A stretch of DNA of 64,000 nucleotides, taken from assembly GCF_009914755.1 (NCBI RefSeq), contig NC_060928.1; one strand, 5' to 3'. Every line of letters starts with the position of its first letter. Position 1 is the first letter of the stretch. The position numbers were made by a program, and so were the translations under genes. Under the pieces are notes generated by a model, which was not told the origin of the DNA, did not search any database, and saw nothing but the letters and a program-made list of their open reading frames with translations. This stretch comes from the human T2T-CHM13v2.0 reference genome, Homo sapiens. Positions 1 to 16,735 of this stretch are shown piece after piece.

Positions 1-2516
1 TGGCAAAAATAAAGTCAAAAGCAAGGTAGAGCTTCGCTAGTGCAGCCAGTCACTCCTTGGCGTATTGTGTGGGGACACCTCTGCCCCCACACTCAGCACT
101 CCGGAGCCTGGGGGCAAGAGGCAGGCAGTGGTCCTGAAAGGGGCGCAGATGGTGTCAGCCCAGGGAGCCGAGCCCAACCCTGGACCTGGCCCCATCCCAG
201 AGAACCATTTGTTGGCAGACTTTGGACTTCCTTTAGCCACAGGCACCAACTCCCTTGGTCAGAGGTGCCCAGTGCAGATGAAAGGCAGGAAAGGAATAAA
301 TAGGCCTGGCCTTAGGGCAGATGTCCCTGGGGCCATGCTGCCCAGCTCCCCCCTCCCCTCTCTGCCTTCATGTCACCTGTTCAGTGCCTTTGTGTCCTTC
401 CTCATTGCTCCCTGCCACAACCAAGAGCCCGGACTGCCACTGCCATCCCTGCAGCCTCTCACCAGCCCAGTCCTCATCGCCTCTCTTCTCTGGATGCCAG
501 AGCCCCATTCAAAGGGTTTTTGAATTCAAACGGCTCAGTTTTGACAGGTAAGGTGTGACAAGAAAGTAAAAGAAGGAAATGGCCAGCACAACTCTTAAAT
601 AATGAAAAAACATGCATACTAAAACACCACCGTACTAGCATTAGAAAAAGCCCAAATGCTAATAGGGCAATTTCTACGCTCTGGCAGGAGCCATTTTCCT
701 AGAGAATTGGAGGTTCCCCAGGAAACAACATAGAATTTGACCAATCAGAGTCCCCTCTTCCGGAGTCCTGAACGTGGGGTCTCATGTTGGATGCCACCCC
801 AGAGTCTAGACGGTGGTGAACTACGGGCCACAGCAGCACAAGAGAATCCCTGTGCCAAGCAAGAAAATCAGGATGCAGAGCAGAGGCCCTGGAATGCCCG
901 AGGCAGCAAGGGGACTCGGCCACATCTATATGCGCTGCAGTTGGGCACCCCGAGTAGCCCCGCCATGTTTAATTCAAAGGCGTGCCCGCTCTGGGAGGCG
1001 AGGAACGGGTCCTGTTATACATCAGAGAAGAAAACACCAGTGGGAACAGCTGTGTCTTATACCAGGTTAGCGCATCAGCTGTCAACTCTCAATGAGCCTC
1101 CCTCCTCTGTACACCCTGGCACTTGGCACAGAGTTGTGTGTGGGCTGGTCCACAATTCTCACTGTGGTCGCCCCAGGGCCTGGCACCATGTGGGATGCAC
1201 CCAGTACATGGGTCCTGAATTGGGTTTACAGGTACCTCGTGGCTGCTTTACGTCTTGGAACCTGTATATCTCAGCAACTAGATTACAGATCATATGAAAG
1301 CAAGAACTATGACGGCTACATTTCTGGGATTCTTTTGTAAATGAGTGTGCACAGACCTGAGCAGGATTCTGGTCTACTGCTGTTGACAGCGGAAAGCTGG
1401 CAAACAGCGTCCTGGTAGACCTGAGAAACAGAACGATGTTTTACAGAAGTGTCTACCGAGAAAGAGCAGCCGCTCCTCAGAGGAAACAGGCTGAGGGAGA
1501 GTGGGAGAAATGAGGGAAATGTGGAAAGAAGCAGAGTAAGTCCATAGAACTCTTAGCAGTCTGGATTGGAGCTGCGGCTTGGCTAGCGCAAACCTTGAAC
1601 TTGGGTCTCCTGGAAGTCAAATTCCTCATTCCTTCAGTGATTCATTTACCCAACAAAGATGTTTTGAGTACTAACAGTGAGATCACTTATTCATTTGGGC
1701 TGCCGCCATTCAGTTGCTAAACAAATATTTATTGAGGCAAGAGTCTTAAAAAACAAACAAACAAAAAACAACAAAAAAAGCAAAACCCTAGATACTGTTC
1801 CTATCTTTGAGGAGTTTTCTTTTCCTGTTTTTTTTTTTTTTTTTTGTTGTTGTTGTTGTTAGTAGCCATCCTCATGGCTGTGAGGTATAATTTATTTTTG
1901 TGCAGTAATTTATATATTGGAGAAAGTCTGGTTTAACCGGAATTTAAAATGCAATGCTTTTATAAAGTGACATAATGTCTACGACAGAACTTAGTGAATA
2001 GAAAGATAACATATGGACCCGGAGGATAGGTTCGCCTGAATAGAGCTCATCTTACTCTGCCTTGAGTTACACCATTCGATCCTACATGTGTCTCCGTCGC
2101 TCACTCCGTGGCAAGCTTGTTAAGGCTGGTGTAAGAAGTGGAAGGATCCAACTTATACTTTGAATTCTAGACAGTGCCTGCAACAGTGCTAGGCATATGT
2201 TAGCTGCCTATGCCATATGTTAGTGAAGTGATCCTTCTTCTATATGACCACACATGGCGTGTTTGTGCCCCATACTCACCAAAGAACATACCTCATCCAC
2301 CCACACTCCTCAGTTTGCCTGCCTGGCAAACAGCTGTTATGTTCCCACTCAGATACCTCTCCTCACGTCATCTCTCCTGTCTCCCCAGGCAGATGGCTCT
2401 TCTCTGATGCCCCCCTTGCCACAGTGTAGGCATCCCCTTTACCAGAACTACCATCCTGCATAATGACTGTCGACTTTCCTGATTTCACAGTAGAGCTTGG
2501 ATGTCCTCAAAGACAG

Positions 2517-3113
<597 letters not shown>

Positions 3114-3114
3114 C

Positions 3115-3815
3115 AGGAAATAACAAGTGTTTCTGAGGATGTGGAGAAATTGGAACCCTTGTGCACCGTTGGAGGGAATATAAAGGGTCCAGCTGCTGTG
3201 GAAGACAGCATGGAGGTTTCTCAAAAAATTAAATGTAGAATTACTATATGACCCAGAAATTCTGCTTCTGGATACAGTATATATCTAACAAAAAATGAAA
3301 GCATGGTTCTAAAGAGATATTTTTAGGCCTATATTCTAAGCAAAGTTATTCACAATAGTCAAGGGGTGGAAGCAACTCAAGTGTCCATCGATGGATGAAT
3401 GGATAAATAAAGTGTGGTATAAACATGTCATGAAATACCATTCAGCCTTAAAATGAAAGGAAATTCTAACACATACTGCAACAGAGGTGAACCTTGAGGA
3501 CATTATGCTAAGTGAAATAAGCCAGTCACCAAAAGACAAATACTGTGTAAAATACCAAGTGGTATTAGATATGAGGTATCTAAAGCAGTCAAACTCATCG
3601 AAATAAAAAGCAGGATGACGGCTCCCAGGGTTTGGGATGGGGGCAATGGGGAGACGTTTACTGAGTATGGATTTTCAGTTTTGCAAGAAAAAAGTCGTGG
3701 AGCTCTGTGGCACAATGTGAATATCCTTAGCACTGCTGAACTGTGTACACCTAAAACTGGTTCAGATGGCAAATTTTGTTATGTGTATATTAGCAAGAAT
3801 AAGAATTTTAAAAAG
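3115..3815 (+). mobile_element. Old L1 3' fragment (L1M/L1MB-like)
   Basis: Typical L1 3'-end motifs: aacaagtgtt..gaggatgtggagaaattggaaccc, gatgaatggataaa, cattatgctaagtgaaataagccagtcac. Confidence 0.88.
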
Positions 3816-5853
3816 ATAAATCACAGCCCTTAAAGAGGAAAAGTGTAAATATTTGGCAAGTCTCTTTTGTAATAGAATAATACGGTTATTCTGGGAACAA
3901 CTCAAAGGTGCTGACCTCACTGGACGGGAATGTGGAGGACACTCTTTTCCACTTCCCACTGGCTGTTAATGAAGCCAAAGCCTCCTCACTCTCTACCCCC
4001 TGCAATGTTCTCATCTCTGCTTTGAAGTGTGTTGTTGGCTGAGATAGTGAGCAGATGATCCACCTAAAATCACACAGTGTGGGGGAAAGAAACGCTTTCA
4101 GGTCTGAAACGTGCATATGTAGCGGCCTGGAAGTGGAGTGCTGGCTGTGTCTATGAAGAAAAGCTGCTGGCAGGGAAGAAGATGACTCTCAGACAGAACC
4201 AGAAATTACAGCCCATTTTCTCTTGCACCATGGTGTCATCTTATTTGTTAAAAATTCCAGAAAAAAAAATCCACAAATTAATGCCCTTTGGGGAAACTAT
4301 GGAAGCTGATGTTTTCTTTTACATTAGCCTAAATGACTCTCATTCAAAACACAGCCCCATTTTGATTCTATCCTGGCTCGTAGGGGGCACTCAGTCAATG
4401 CTTGTTCAGTAAATGAATGAATGAAAGGTTGTGAGTGACTTCAGAACACACCCACTCAGTTAAATTCCTTATCTTTGTTACCACGCCTATTCAGTGCCTA
4501 CAATAAGAATTCCAAGCATCAAACATCTCATGCTTGAATCCATTCTTATAGCTTATCTCAGATATGAAAAATGTAATACAATGAGGATGTTCTAATAAAG
4601 TCTATTAATCAACAGGACAGGACAGGTCAGGGCAGCAGCAGAAAATAGAATGCAAACACAGTTCCTGTTAACTAGAGTCATCTGAAGCCCGCCGGAGCCA
4701 GCTAGGGCCAGACGCTGTGGGCAGGAAGAACTTGGAACGAAGGGTATTTGAGGAACTGGGAACGGCGATAGCGTCACACTCGTCTTACTACGGTTCTTTT
4801 TATAGGAGATCAGAGTAAAGACGTGTTGGAAATATAAACTCATTTTTTTTTACCCTCAATTTACAAAATCAAGGTTTTTTTTTTTCTCAGCCTTGTTAGG
4901 AAGCTGGGTGCAACATAAGACACCAGTCTTTCTCCCAGGGTTGCTGGAAGATGTTATGATAGCCCCAAGCAAGGGCACTGTGCCAGGTAGAGAGATGACC
5001 TTAAGGAGTGTATGCCCCACCTCTGCAGAAGGCTCCCCAGTCCTTCCAATGTGACCTAGAGAAAGAGGTGCTGAAGGCAAATGGGGCCCGGGGCTTGGTT
5101 CTAGAAATTCACCTAAACTTCGGTTCTCCCTCCCTGCCATCTCCTAGGCCAGGGAAAGGCAGGGAGAAGAGGAAGGCAGCTGGCCATGTGCCTCTGGAAG
5201 CAGAGGCTGTGGTGGCCGGGGAGGCTGGCAGGTATGGTCCCTCGGGGGAAGCTCCTTGGTGCTGTTCTAATTTGTCACCAGAAGACCCCAATGGCAGGTT
5301 AGTCATGAACGGTGGGTCCTAAAGTGGCAAATCCAGCTTTGGGTCCCCCTCTCTCCCCACTGATGGGGGCCCCAGAAGTCTAACGGAGGTCAGCAGAACA
5401 GGCTCACTGTGCGGGAATCTAGCGGTTCTGCAGCGCCCATACCCAGGGAGTCTTAAGGTAAGGGGACTTATGATTGGGGTTTTTAATTAGATTTCATTGC
5501 CAGGCCTCCATGGAAAACAAATCATTCTAAATTCTTATAAACAGAATTTTGAGCTGCAACAATAACATGAAAACATTCTCATAGACAGTATTTACTTAAA
5601 AAAGAATGTTTTGTGGAAAGGATGCACTCCTGTTCCCAATCAGCACAACTATTTTTAAGTAGGATCAGAACTCTTGTAAAGACAATTTTGGTGTGGATGT
5701 GGTCTTAGTCCATTTAGCCTAAACTGTCCAACATGCGTCTCCCTCTCCTGTTTGCGGGTCTTGGGGCATGGGGCTTCGTCACCTCCAGACAACCATCCAA
5801 CGGAAACCTGGAATTATCTCTGCCCAGTAATAAGAGCAATAACATTGACATAG

Positions 5854-6078
5854 CAGTGGTTCTCAGCTGGGGGTGATTTGGCCTCCCTGGGGACTTGGGA
5901 GCATTTGGCAATACCAGGAAATATTTTTGGAGAGGAGGGATATTGGGGGGGGGTGCTTTTGGTATCTAGTTGTGGAGTCCAGAAATGCAGCTAAACATCC
6001 CGTAACACACAGGACAGCCCCCAACAAAAAAAAATTCTACAGTCCAAAATGTCAATATTGTGAGATTGAGAAACCCTG
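5854..6078. mobile_element. MER20-like hAT-Charlie DNA transposon
   Basis: Termini cagtggttctca...tgagaaaccctg, about 225 bp, with MER20-like internal sequence. Confidence 0.75.
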
Positions 6079-6114
6079 CTTATGTAGGGCTTACCATGTG
6101 CTGATACTGTTCTA

Positions 6115-6315
6115 AGTATATTGTATATATATGAAATACTTATATAATAATCTATATTATATACTTATATATTATATATTTATATATTATATATTATATG
6201 ATATATTACATAATATAATATACATATATTATATATGTATATTATATATACATACACACATATGCACACACATATACATACACATATATACCTATATATA
6301 CATATACATATATAG
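6115..6315. repeat. Degenerate (TA)n/(TACA)n low-complexity tract
   Basis: About 200 bp of near-pure AT, grading into tatacaca repeats. Confidence 0.92.
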
Positions 6316-6339
6316 ATCAATTTATTGAACCCAATACTA

Positions 6340-6485
6340 GAAGACAGATACTATTATCATCCCCATTTTGCAGATGAGGAAACTAAGGCTCAGAGAAATT
6401 AAGTAACTTGCCCAAATCACACAGCTAGTGAGTGTTAAAATTGGACCCAGGCCAGCTGGCTCCAGAGGCTACGCCACTCATTACA
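6340..6485. mobile_element. MIR SINE fragment
   Basis: MIR core ccccattttgcagatgaggaaactaaggctcagaga..aagtaacttgcccaa. Confidence 0.85.
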
Positions 6486-8210
6486 CAACATGACGCAGCC
6501 TCCTGCCTACTTGTCCTTTGTGCCCACATCCAAGCAGCCATGGAGTCCCTCAGAGCCCATCTCTACATCCTTCAGCTCTGTTCCTGTCACCATGTCCCAC
6601 TCAGGCCTGCATCCACTCCTCAAGGGACCATGGCAATATATTCCCTTCTTCCAGCTCCACCCGCTTCTAATTCACCTCCCTGCCATTCACTGCCACCAGA
6701 GTGACCTCAAAATCCCAGATCTCACTATGTCTCTTCTTCTTGCTTGAAACCCTTCAGCAGGTCCCTGTCACCTGAAAGGTAAAGCCCAAACTTCAGGATG
6801 GTGTCTGAGCTCTCGTTGGAACAATCACTTTGCAGGGCTTCTCCTGCCTCCCCATTGTCACAGCACCATCATGCGACATGCTGTGCTGTTACCACCTCTC
6901 AGGGTCTGCTCTGCCTGCAATTCCCACCCCCAACTCTCTTATCTGGCAAACACCTGTTGGCCTTTCAAGAATCAGTCCCAGTGTCTCCTCTTCCAGGAAG
7001 CCTTCCCAGAACACCTCAGCCCTCCAGGTAGAGCTGACCACTCCCTTCTTTGTGTCTCCACCATTAGCTTCTATATCTTTAATAAAATCCATTACTATTT
7101 TTCTTTGCTTTCAAGTCCATTCCTCAAGGGCAGAAGCATTGTGTTACTTCACATATCTCTGAAGTCTAGCCAAGCAACTGAGTAGTCACTGAGTAAGCAT
7201 CAGAAGAATGAATGATAAAATATCCTATATGACTTGAATTCTTTGCAGGATGGTCACTATTTGCAAAGGAAATCTATGCTGTTAGACACTGCCATTCTTA
7301 GGCGGTGGGTACAATGTAAGACACCAATCTTACATGAGGCAGAAGTCAGTTTCTGCATCGCCTCAACTCAGGATCTGGTTCTATGCCCAGGACTACGTGG
7401 AGTTGCCTCCCACCACTAAGACAGTTGGCAACTCCCTGCTAGGATCCTCTTCACCAGACCGAACATCTCCAGCTGCCTTTCCTCTTCCTAACAGGCATAG
7501 TTTTAAGATCCCTCACGTCCCTAGAATATGCACTGAATTACTAAGCAAACCCAAATTGCACTGGGCCTACAGAGAAGCTGGTGGCATCTGGGAAGTTTAT
7601 GCAGATTCCTGAGATGATGCTTAAAGTGTACTTCAAATCGGAGGTCCCACGTTCAAGTGTCTGTGGGCTCAGACGGGTCAGATCCATGAATGAAGTAAGC
7701 AGGAGATGATGAAACAGACAGGAGGGGCTGTGGGTGGACAAAGTATGCCTGGTCTGAGCCTCACCTCCACAATTGCTGCCACATAGGAGAAAGGCCCAGT
7801 CTTGCCAGATCTTTGTTTTTTTCTTCTTTTTTTTTAAAAAGCTAGAAATTTGCATTTTCATACAAGCTTTTTAGATAACTGATTTTTTTTAAAACATATA
7901 CAACAAGGTATTTTCCAAATCAACTGCATCTGGGGCTGGCTCTGGCTGCGGCCTATCCATTTGCCGCCTTGGCTTTCAATAAAGAATTGCTTGAGCGATT
8001 CCTAAATTTAAGTTTTTGCATTTAGTGTTGGAAGTGTGCACAGATATATCGAGAGTTGTGGACATACAAAGGCAGAATTTAAATCTGAAATTAAACTAAA
8101 ACACTAGGGTTAAAAATAACTTTAAGGCATAAATCACCAAAGAGGGTGAGTGAAACAGAGAAAAACAAGGAGCCTTTCTAACCAGCGCCTAAAGCCGAGG
8201 CAAAGACTCA

Positions 8211-8408
<198 letters not shown>

Positions 8409-9876
8409 TCACCTCCCTAAAGCCCTTCTTCCTAACAGGAACTAGAAAGACTTGCCATTACTGGATGTTGGTTTTGGTCCTTTTGGGATTTGAAATTGGC
8501 TATGATGCTTTTGCCTCCAGGTCACAAATTCAGAGCCAAGTCCATGAGAAATGTGCCAAAGTTGCTGATGGCTGTTGAATAATTCTACAGAATGAGCAGC
8601 TGGCCTCTGACCGGTCCCCAGGAGGCCAATATCTAGGCCATTTTTTGGCATGTGAGTTGAGGAGCAAAGCACAAAGACCCTCAGGGAGGCAAAGCAGTTC
8701 AAGATGATAGGAAAATTTTCCTAATGCCACCAAACAGATGGGTGTGCATGCCTGGCCTTCTATCTCAGGGTGTGTCTCCTGAGAGTACATAAGTTACCAA
8801 AGTCAGTTTCTTTCCTCTTTGGGTTATTACTATTCCTATATATCTTCCCCCTCCTGTTGACAGCATCATATTTTCCGGATGATTCAGCAGTGAGAGCAGC
8901 AGCTGGGGACCAGTATAGCCTATTCTTAAATTGAATTGCAGAAGCACTATCTTTCCACACTCACCTGTCACCATCTGTAATCACTACCTGGGACCATTTC
9001 ATGTGAACCCTATTGGACTGGGGCATGTTTGAGATGCATCCCTCCCTCCACGACCTGGAATGAGAAGTTCCGCTCTGGAGATAGAGACATATGGGCAGGA
9101 CTGAAATACTCAATTCGCTTTTGCTGATGGCAAAGGTCCCACAGGAATTTCTCTTCCAGAAGGAACATATGTGAGTAACTCTAGTGCCACCATATCAAAC
9201 AGCAAGATCCACAGCACAGAGAAATGTGTAAGTGCTAGATCCAAGCTGGAACACTGGTGAACCAGACAGGACCAAGTTTTGTAACTGATAAACACCCTGT
9301 GTGAGTAAAAGGATGTCTGTGCAAATATGAGCATGCATGAAAGCAGTCTATTTGAAATTCATTCCTTCTGTTAAAAATTACCGATGTCTTCGAGAATGAG
9401 TCAATTTCAAGGATTATAAAATAAAACCAAGCTCCAAACAACAAAGTCACCATTCAACATTTCTGAAAGCTAATATTCAGATATCAATGGCCCAAAACAA
9501 AAGTGCACTGATGGGGAAACATTTCTAATGATTAATTTATTTTCCAGTTCATTTTTATTTTCTTAGGCTGGCCTTATGGTTGGGAATAACGCCATGCGAA
9601 GGCACAAAACACTCGCTTTCATTTGTACTTGTAAACTAGATTTTTATGGTTGGAGCTATAAGATGTTTTGGTTCTTCTTGGCTGTCATTGGTCTTGGTAG
9701 AATCCAGGTGGAATGTACAATTTCACCTGTATCCACCAGTGGAGGGCTCAAGGTCACACTTGTCCCATCTGGTATCTGAGCCAAGTCATATATGTTTAAT
9801 TTTAATCCTGTTATGGAGAAGCCAAACATGTGTTTATGTAAATGCACAGAGCTTAAAACAGCTCCCCTGAAGCTCA

Positions 9877-10017
<141 letters not shown>

Positions 10018-10844
10018 CTACAAGAAGGCAAGAAAGTCAAATGAACAACAATTGTCATCAAATATCCATCCACCTCTAGGAGGATGTGTTTGGGTTGACT
10101 TTGTTCTCCCATTGACATCTCCAGGTGGCTCGTTTGTACACATATCATCCACTCTGGATTTGCAAAGCAAGGTCATTGGTACTAATTCAAGGACATGCCA
10201 GCTCTGATGGCTTCCCTTCAGCTTCTCTTTGTGTCCAGCTTCTTAAATGTCAGAATTTCCCAGAGACTGGGACTCTTCCCTCTTCTTTTCTCTGGCTGCA
10301 CTCTGTCCCTAGAAAATCACACTCACCTCCCCCTTCAATTCCCACGAAAAGATGCAAGGGTACCCACGACGTGCCTGCTGCATCAAAGAGAGCCCTCCTC
10401 CCCTCTTCTGCAACCTCCAAGAGCTGGCTGCAAGGCCATGGCTTCAGGACAGGCCCCCCTAGTGGCTCACCCCATCTCACTTACGGGCCGATGTATCCGT
10501 TCCTGCCTCAGCACTCCCAAACACATCTGAATTAAAGCATGTACTGTATTCTTTCATGAATTCCCTGTTTAAGATCCCGAAAGGGAGCGCCTCAGGAACA
10601 AGGGACTTAGCTCAGTGTGCTTCAAAATAGAGGCTGGGACCCATTAGAGGGTCACACAGTTATTTCAGTGGGTGGGAACCTCCAGAGTTTTGGTGGTGTT
10701 TTTTGTTTCTATAAAGTAGAACACAAAATATCAGCGTGCACTGAATATAGCAAGGGTATGTATTCTTAGAATAATTTTGTTTCCATTTTATGTGTGAATA
10801 TATGTATGCATATGTATATGTACTGTTCATGATATTAAACACAT

Positions 10845-11104
10845 TTCTTTCTTTCTTTTTTTAATTTTTTTTATTTGAGACAGTCCTGCTCTTGTCACCC
10901 AGGCTGCAGTGCAGTCGCACAATCTTGGCTCACTGCAACCTCTGCCTCCTGGGTTCAAGTGAGCACGTCCAGCTAATTTTTGTATTTTTAGTAGACACGG
11001 GGTTTCACCTTGTTGGCTGGTCTCAAACTCCTGACTTCAAGTGATCCGCCTGCCTCGGCCTCCCAAAGCGCTGGGATTACAGGTGTGAGCCACCACGCTT
11101 GGCT
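10845..11104 (-). mobile_element. Alu with internal deletion
   Basis: Reverse Alu. Roughly 45-50 nt of consensus is missing around 10962. Confidence 0.9.
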
Positions 11105-12033
11105 GATATTAAGCAGATTTCTTATTGTGGACAACCTTCAAAACAATTTTAAACCTATCCATCTTGCTTGTCTCAACACCTAGTTCAAAGCCTGGCATAC
11201 AGTAGGTTCTCAATAAGCATTTGTTGCACAAATGACTATTTCATTTTTTTCCCTTTTCACAAAAGTGTCTCACAGAGGCTGTAAGATATCACCCATGGGC
11301 AGCAGGACTCCCCATTTTTCCTGATTATGACTTTGCCTAGTGACCCCTGTTTTTCTCAGAATAAACCCCACAGGGTGAAGGGAATGACAGAATGTTTCTC
11401 TTTCAGGTATCAGGTGGGGTTCTTGATCTCCTTAAAGCAGCCCAGAAAACAAGTGCCCTGAAGGCTCCCTCATAGGGAAATAGCCCTCTCCCCCGACCAG
11501 TCCAGCTGTGTTGGCTGGAAGCGTTGGACAGTTCCATTCGGGGGCGGGTTATGGATGTGGAAGGCACTGTGCAGAGGATTCAGCCCTGAACACAATGCCC
11601 TTTTCGATCCATACAACTGCTGCCAACCGACCCCAGCGTGAGCTGAAGGCCTGTGTTTCTGAAGAGAGCAGCCAATGGAACCAAGATTTTAATTTGCTAC
11701 AGTATCTCTTCTGATACTTTAAATAATATTATATAAAAGAAGGTTTACCAAATAACTAAGATTCTCTCCTTTCATTAGCTTAATCGCTGGATAGGCAACA
11801 GCCTGATGAAAATCTACTCTATAATTAAACTAGTAGTTATTAAAACAGAGGAAGTCAATGGTTTCCATTTTATGAGTACTAAATGAACCAAATGTTAACA
11901 GAAATTTTTATTGCATTTGCTGGGGGAAAAGCCTCAATATTAATGATGTCTGATGACAGAGGCGATGCATGGTCTGGCTTGGGTAAACTTTTATTTACAC
12001 TGGGTGGCACACCCCTGAGGCCCACACCCATCA

Positions 12034-12225
<192 letters not shown>

Positions 12226-12869
12226 TTAAGAGAGCTCCATGCCGGAACTAGATGATTTAAAAACAGTCTCTTTCCTAGACCCTCCTTGACTTAACCCAAA
12301 TTGCCCCAAGCCCTTCACTCTGAGTTTTAGCAGATGAGACCAGCGTAGGGTCAGGTGGACTTCGGCTAGGATCCCAATTCTGCTGTTTACCAGCTATGAG
12401 ACCTCAGCCCAGTCACTTAACCTCCTCTCCAGTGCTGTCTTCTCCTGTGTCAAATGATAGTTCTCCACTTAGTGGATGGTTAAGAGGATTACGTGAAGTG
12501 TAAAGATGTCAAGCATCTAGCAGAGTGCTTGGCCCACAGTAAATAGTCAATATGTGGTATTGATAGTGGTGGTATTGTTCAGAATCAATGGAATTGTCTG
12601 GAATTGTTGGTTTTCATTGGAAATATTTTGCTTTAAAAGAAAATAACAAACCTTGTTGAATGAATAGAAGGTGGCTGTGGGGGAAAGCCAAAAGCGTAGA
12701 CTATTAGATAAGGACTGAGGCAAAATTCAGTTAGGAGGAGGAGGAGGCCACAGCCAGGTCAGAGGGTTTGGCCGGAGATGAGAGGTGAGCACAGGTGATG
12801 AGTTGGAGGACCACACTGTCCTGAAGGGCTTGAAACATCAGGAAGGAAAGGGAGGACAAAGTGGGTTGG

Positions 12870-13633
<764 letters not shown>

Positions 13634-14723
13634 AAGAATTTAAAATAAGAATGGGAGGATTCTTATTTTAAAGAATAGATCACAGCATATGTGTGATCAG
13701 AGCATATGTGAACAGTGAGGGGAGTGAGGGCTAAGACAGGTATCAAGTGAGAGGTCAGGCAATAAGATGGAGCCAGGAACCACAAGGGGCAGATGGAAGC
13801 AGAGGGAAAGAAAACAAAGTGTCAGGCAGGCTGCCAGGAGCCCAGGGAGCCGAAGGAGCAAAGGGCCGGGGTGACGATGGATGGGGACAGGGCAAGCTAC
13901 CCACAGTTGGATCAGGGAAACCAGGCAACCCAGGGTTATTTCAGAACGAGGGATGGACTGTCTGTTAGCAAACAACCCAAGCCCTAGCAGGTGCACCTGG
14001 CCAGGGAGGAGGCATGAGACAATGAAGCAAAGCACACAGCCTGGCAGCAACAGCTGACAGCAGCAACATCGAACGTCTAGAGATTAGTCTCGTCTAAACA
14101 CAACCAAAATGGAAAAGAAGTGCTTCAGCTCCTGATATTTTTCTTTTCAGAATCTCAGTCTTGTAGGACTGTGAAGATGATGGTCTCTCCTGCCTATTTA
14201 AGGAGAGGCCATAAAGTTATTATCTCTGAGAGTTGCGAACTGAGTCTGTTTTCCAAGACCTTGAAAAGACATGAACATTCCAACAACCCTCATGAGACAG
14301 CACGGGGCACTAGATGGATACAAAGCAACACTTCTGCAGTAGGAAGCCCTCTTAACGGAGCTGCAGCTGAACCAACTCCCCAGCTTACCTGACTGTCCTC
14401 ATGCAAAACCGACTGACTGATGCTTACAGCATCCGGGATGCTCACCGCCTCACTGCCTAGAGCTTACTGTCTAGAGCCTTAGTCTCCCCATTTAAAAAAC
14501 GGAAATAGTAATAGTACCTGCCTGTATGGTTGTTATGAAGATGAAATAAACTAATATGTAAACAAAGCATTTCAAACAGTGTCAGGCACAGAGCAGACAC
14601 CATAACCATCAGCAACAGTGATTATCATCCTTAACCTAGCCCTCTGTTGGACTTTGGCTCCCACATCTTGAGTTTCATGCTTAGCAAGAATAAGATGTGC
14701 ATACTCTCAAGCCAGTTAATGTT

Positions 14724-14796
14724 GGCCTGGTGCAGTGGCTCATGCCTATAATCTCAGCACTTTGGAAGGCCGAGGTGGGGGGATCACTTGAGCCCA
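14724..14796 (+). mobile_element. 3'-truncated Alu left-arm fragment
   Basis: First 70 or so nt of Alu only, no tail, flanked by cagttaat repeats. Confidence 0.85.
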
Positions 14797-15661
14797 AACA
14801 GTTAATATCAGTAGTATATTTATTGTAATCATACCATTTACTTACATATGTAATTCAATAAAACATGAGTGGGGAAGAAAGAGCTCTTCTTTCTATAAAA
14901 ACTAAGTTGATTATTTTGGGTAGACGCAATAGAGCTTACTAAAAAATTGTAAAATGTCATGGGAAAAAATTGAGAAAAATCTAGATGGCTTTTGGGCTCT
15001 GATTATTTTCACAAGTATCTTTGCTTTCATTTGGAAGAAACAGAAATTGGGTGTTGTTTACAAGTGTGAAAAAAGCCCACAGCAAACGCTAATCTGCAGA
15101 TTTGTACTCAAAAGAAGGCCCTCTCTAGAAAGATTGGCAAATGAATATATACATATATATGTTTTAATTGAAATAAAATGTTTAAGGGAGTTATCTGTTT
15201 TAGTGGATCCTTGCATTAACTGAGTTTTTCAACAAAAAACAAATTACTTGGTCCCTAGGGCACTGAATCGTAATTTTTAAATTGTCATTATTATCAAGCA
15301 ATAGGATATATGTCCAGCTTGGTCTCCATGTACATTGATGTCTTCATATTTTTCTCCCGCAAAATTCTCAGTGTCTGCACAAAGATTGCAAGAGATTCCT
15401 TGTACTGTGCACTGTTTGATGGTCATCAATTTCACTGACATAAAAGCTGAGCTAGACTCTTCCAAAGCCCAAGCCAGCCCCTTTTGAAAACCCGAGACAT
15501 GCTGGCAAACTATCTTTACTCTTATCTGGACATAGGAGAGTGCCCTGGTTTATTACCGCAGAGCACCAGAAGCCTGAAAGAATCACCGACGTTGTGAAAC
15601 AGGCCTCTCTCAGAATTAAGAAATAGCTCCAGCTTGAAGTTTCTGTGGTATGAGAACTTAG

Positions 15662-16048
<387 letters not shown>

Positions 16049-16735
16049 GGCCTGGTCTAAATTCTGACCCCCTTGTTCTCCTCAAGCTACCTTATCCATT
16101 TCTTTCCTAGCACTCACCACGATTTGTAATTTTAAATTTATTTGTGAATTTGTTTTCTGTTTGTCTCCCCATCTCAATATTTTAGCTCCATGAAGGCAGA
16201 GTCTGTATTCTTTGTGTTCATCATTTTATTTCCAGAGTTGAGTGCTGTGTCTGGCATGTGACAGGTGCTCAGTAAACAGGTGTTGAATAAATGAATGAAT
16301 TTAACGCTATAGAGGCCTGAAGCTGTCACCTGTCATGGGATATTATTGACAGCCTTTCATTTATGCGTTGCACTGCAATCCCGAGCACTTAATTCCTGAT
16401 CTTCTCACACTATCCTTGTAGGACAACAGTCATTATGTTTACGTTACAGGAACAAATAAAAAGGAGGGGTAAGAGCCTTGCCTGGGAACACCTATAACCA
16501 GTAAACTGGAAATATCTGATGTTTAGTTCACTGACTTGGCCCACTCTAAAAGTGGGGTTCCTGGCAGGGATGAGATTCCAAATACCTGACTACAGGAACC
16601 CCCGGGGGACTCTGGACAGCTCCCTCTGGGACTAGCTTTACCTCTGCTTATTTCTCTGATGGGGAGGTCTCAGGAGTACAGGCAGGGCAGCTGGGGTGGT
16701 GGGGAGGGGCACTCCTGCGTCTGAGTACGGCTAGC

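Noticed and set aside
737-1297. 186-aa + strand ORF (and the 152-aa ORF at 65..523)
   Set aside because: Non-ATG starts, antisense and intronic, with no recognisable domain. Most likely chance.
10452-10466. CTCF-like motif (CCACTAGGGGGGCC on the minus strand)
   Set aside because: Mismatch at the highly constrained C after GG. Not supportable without ChIP data.
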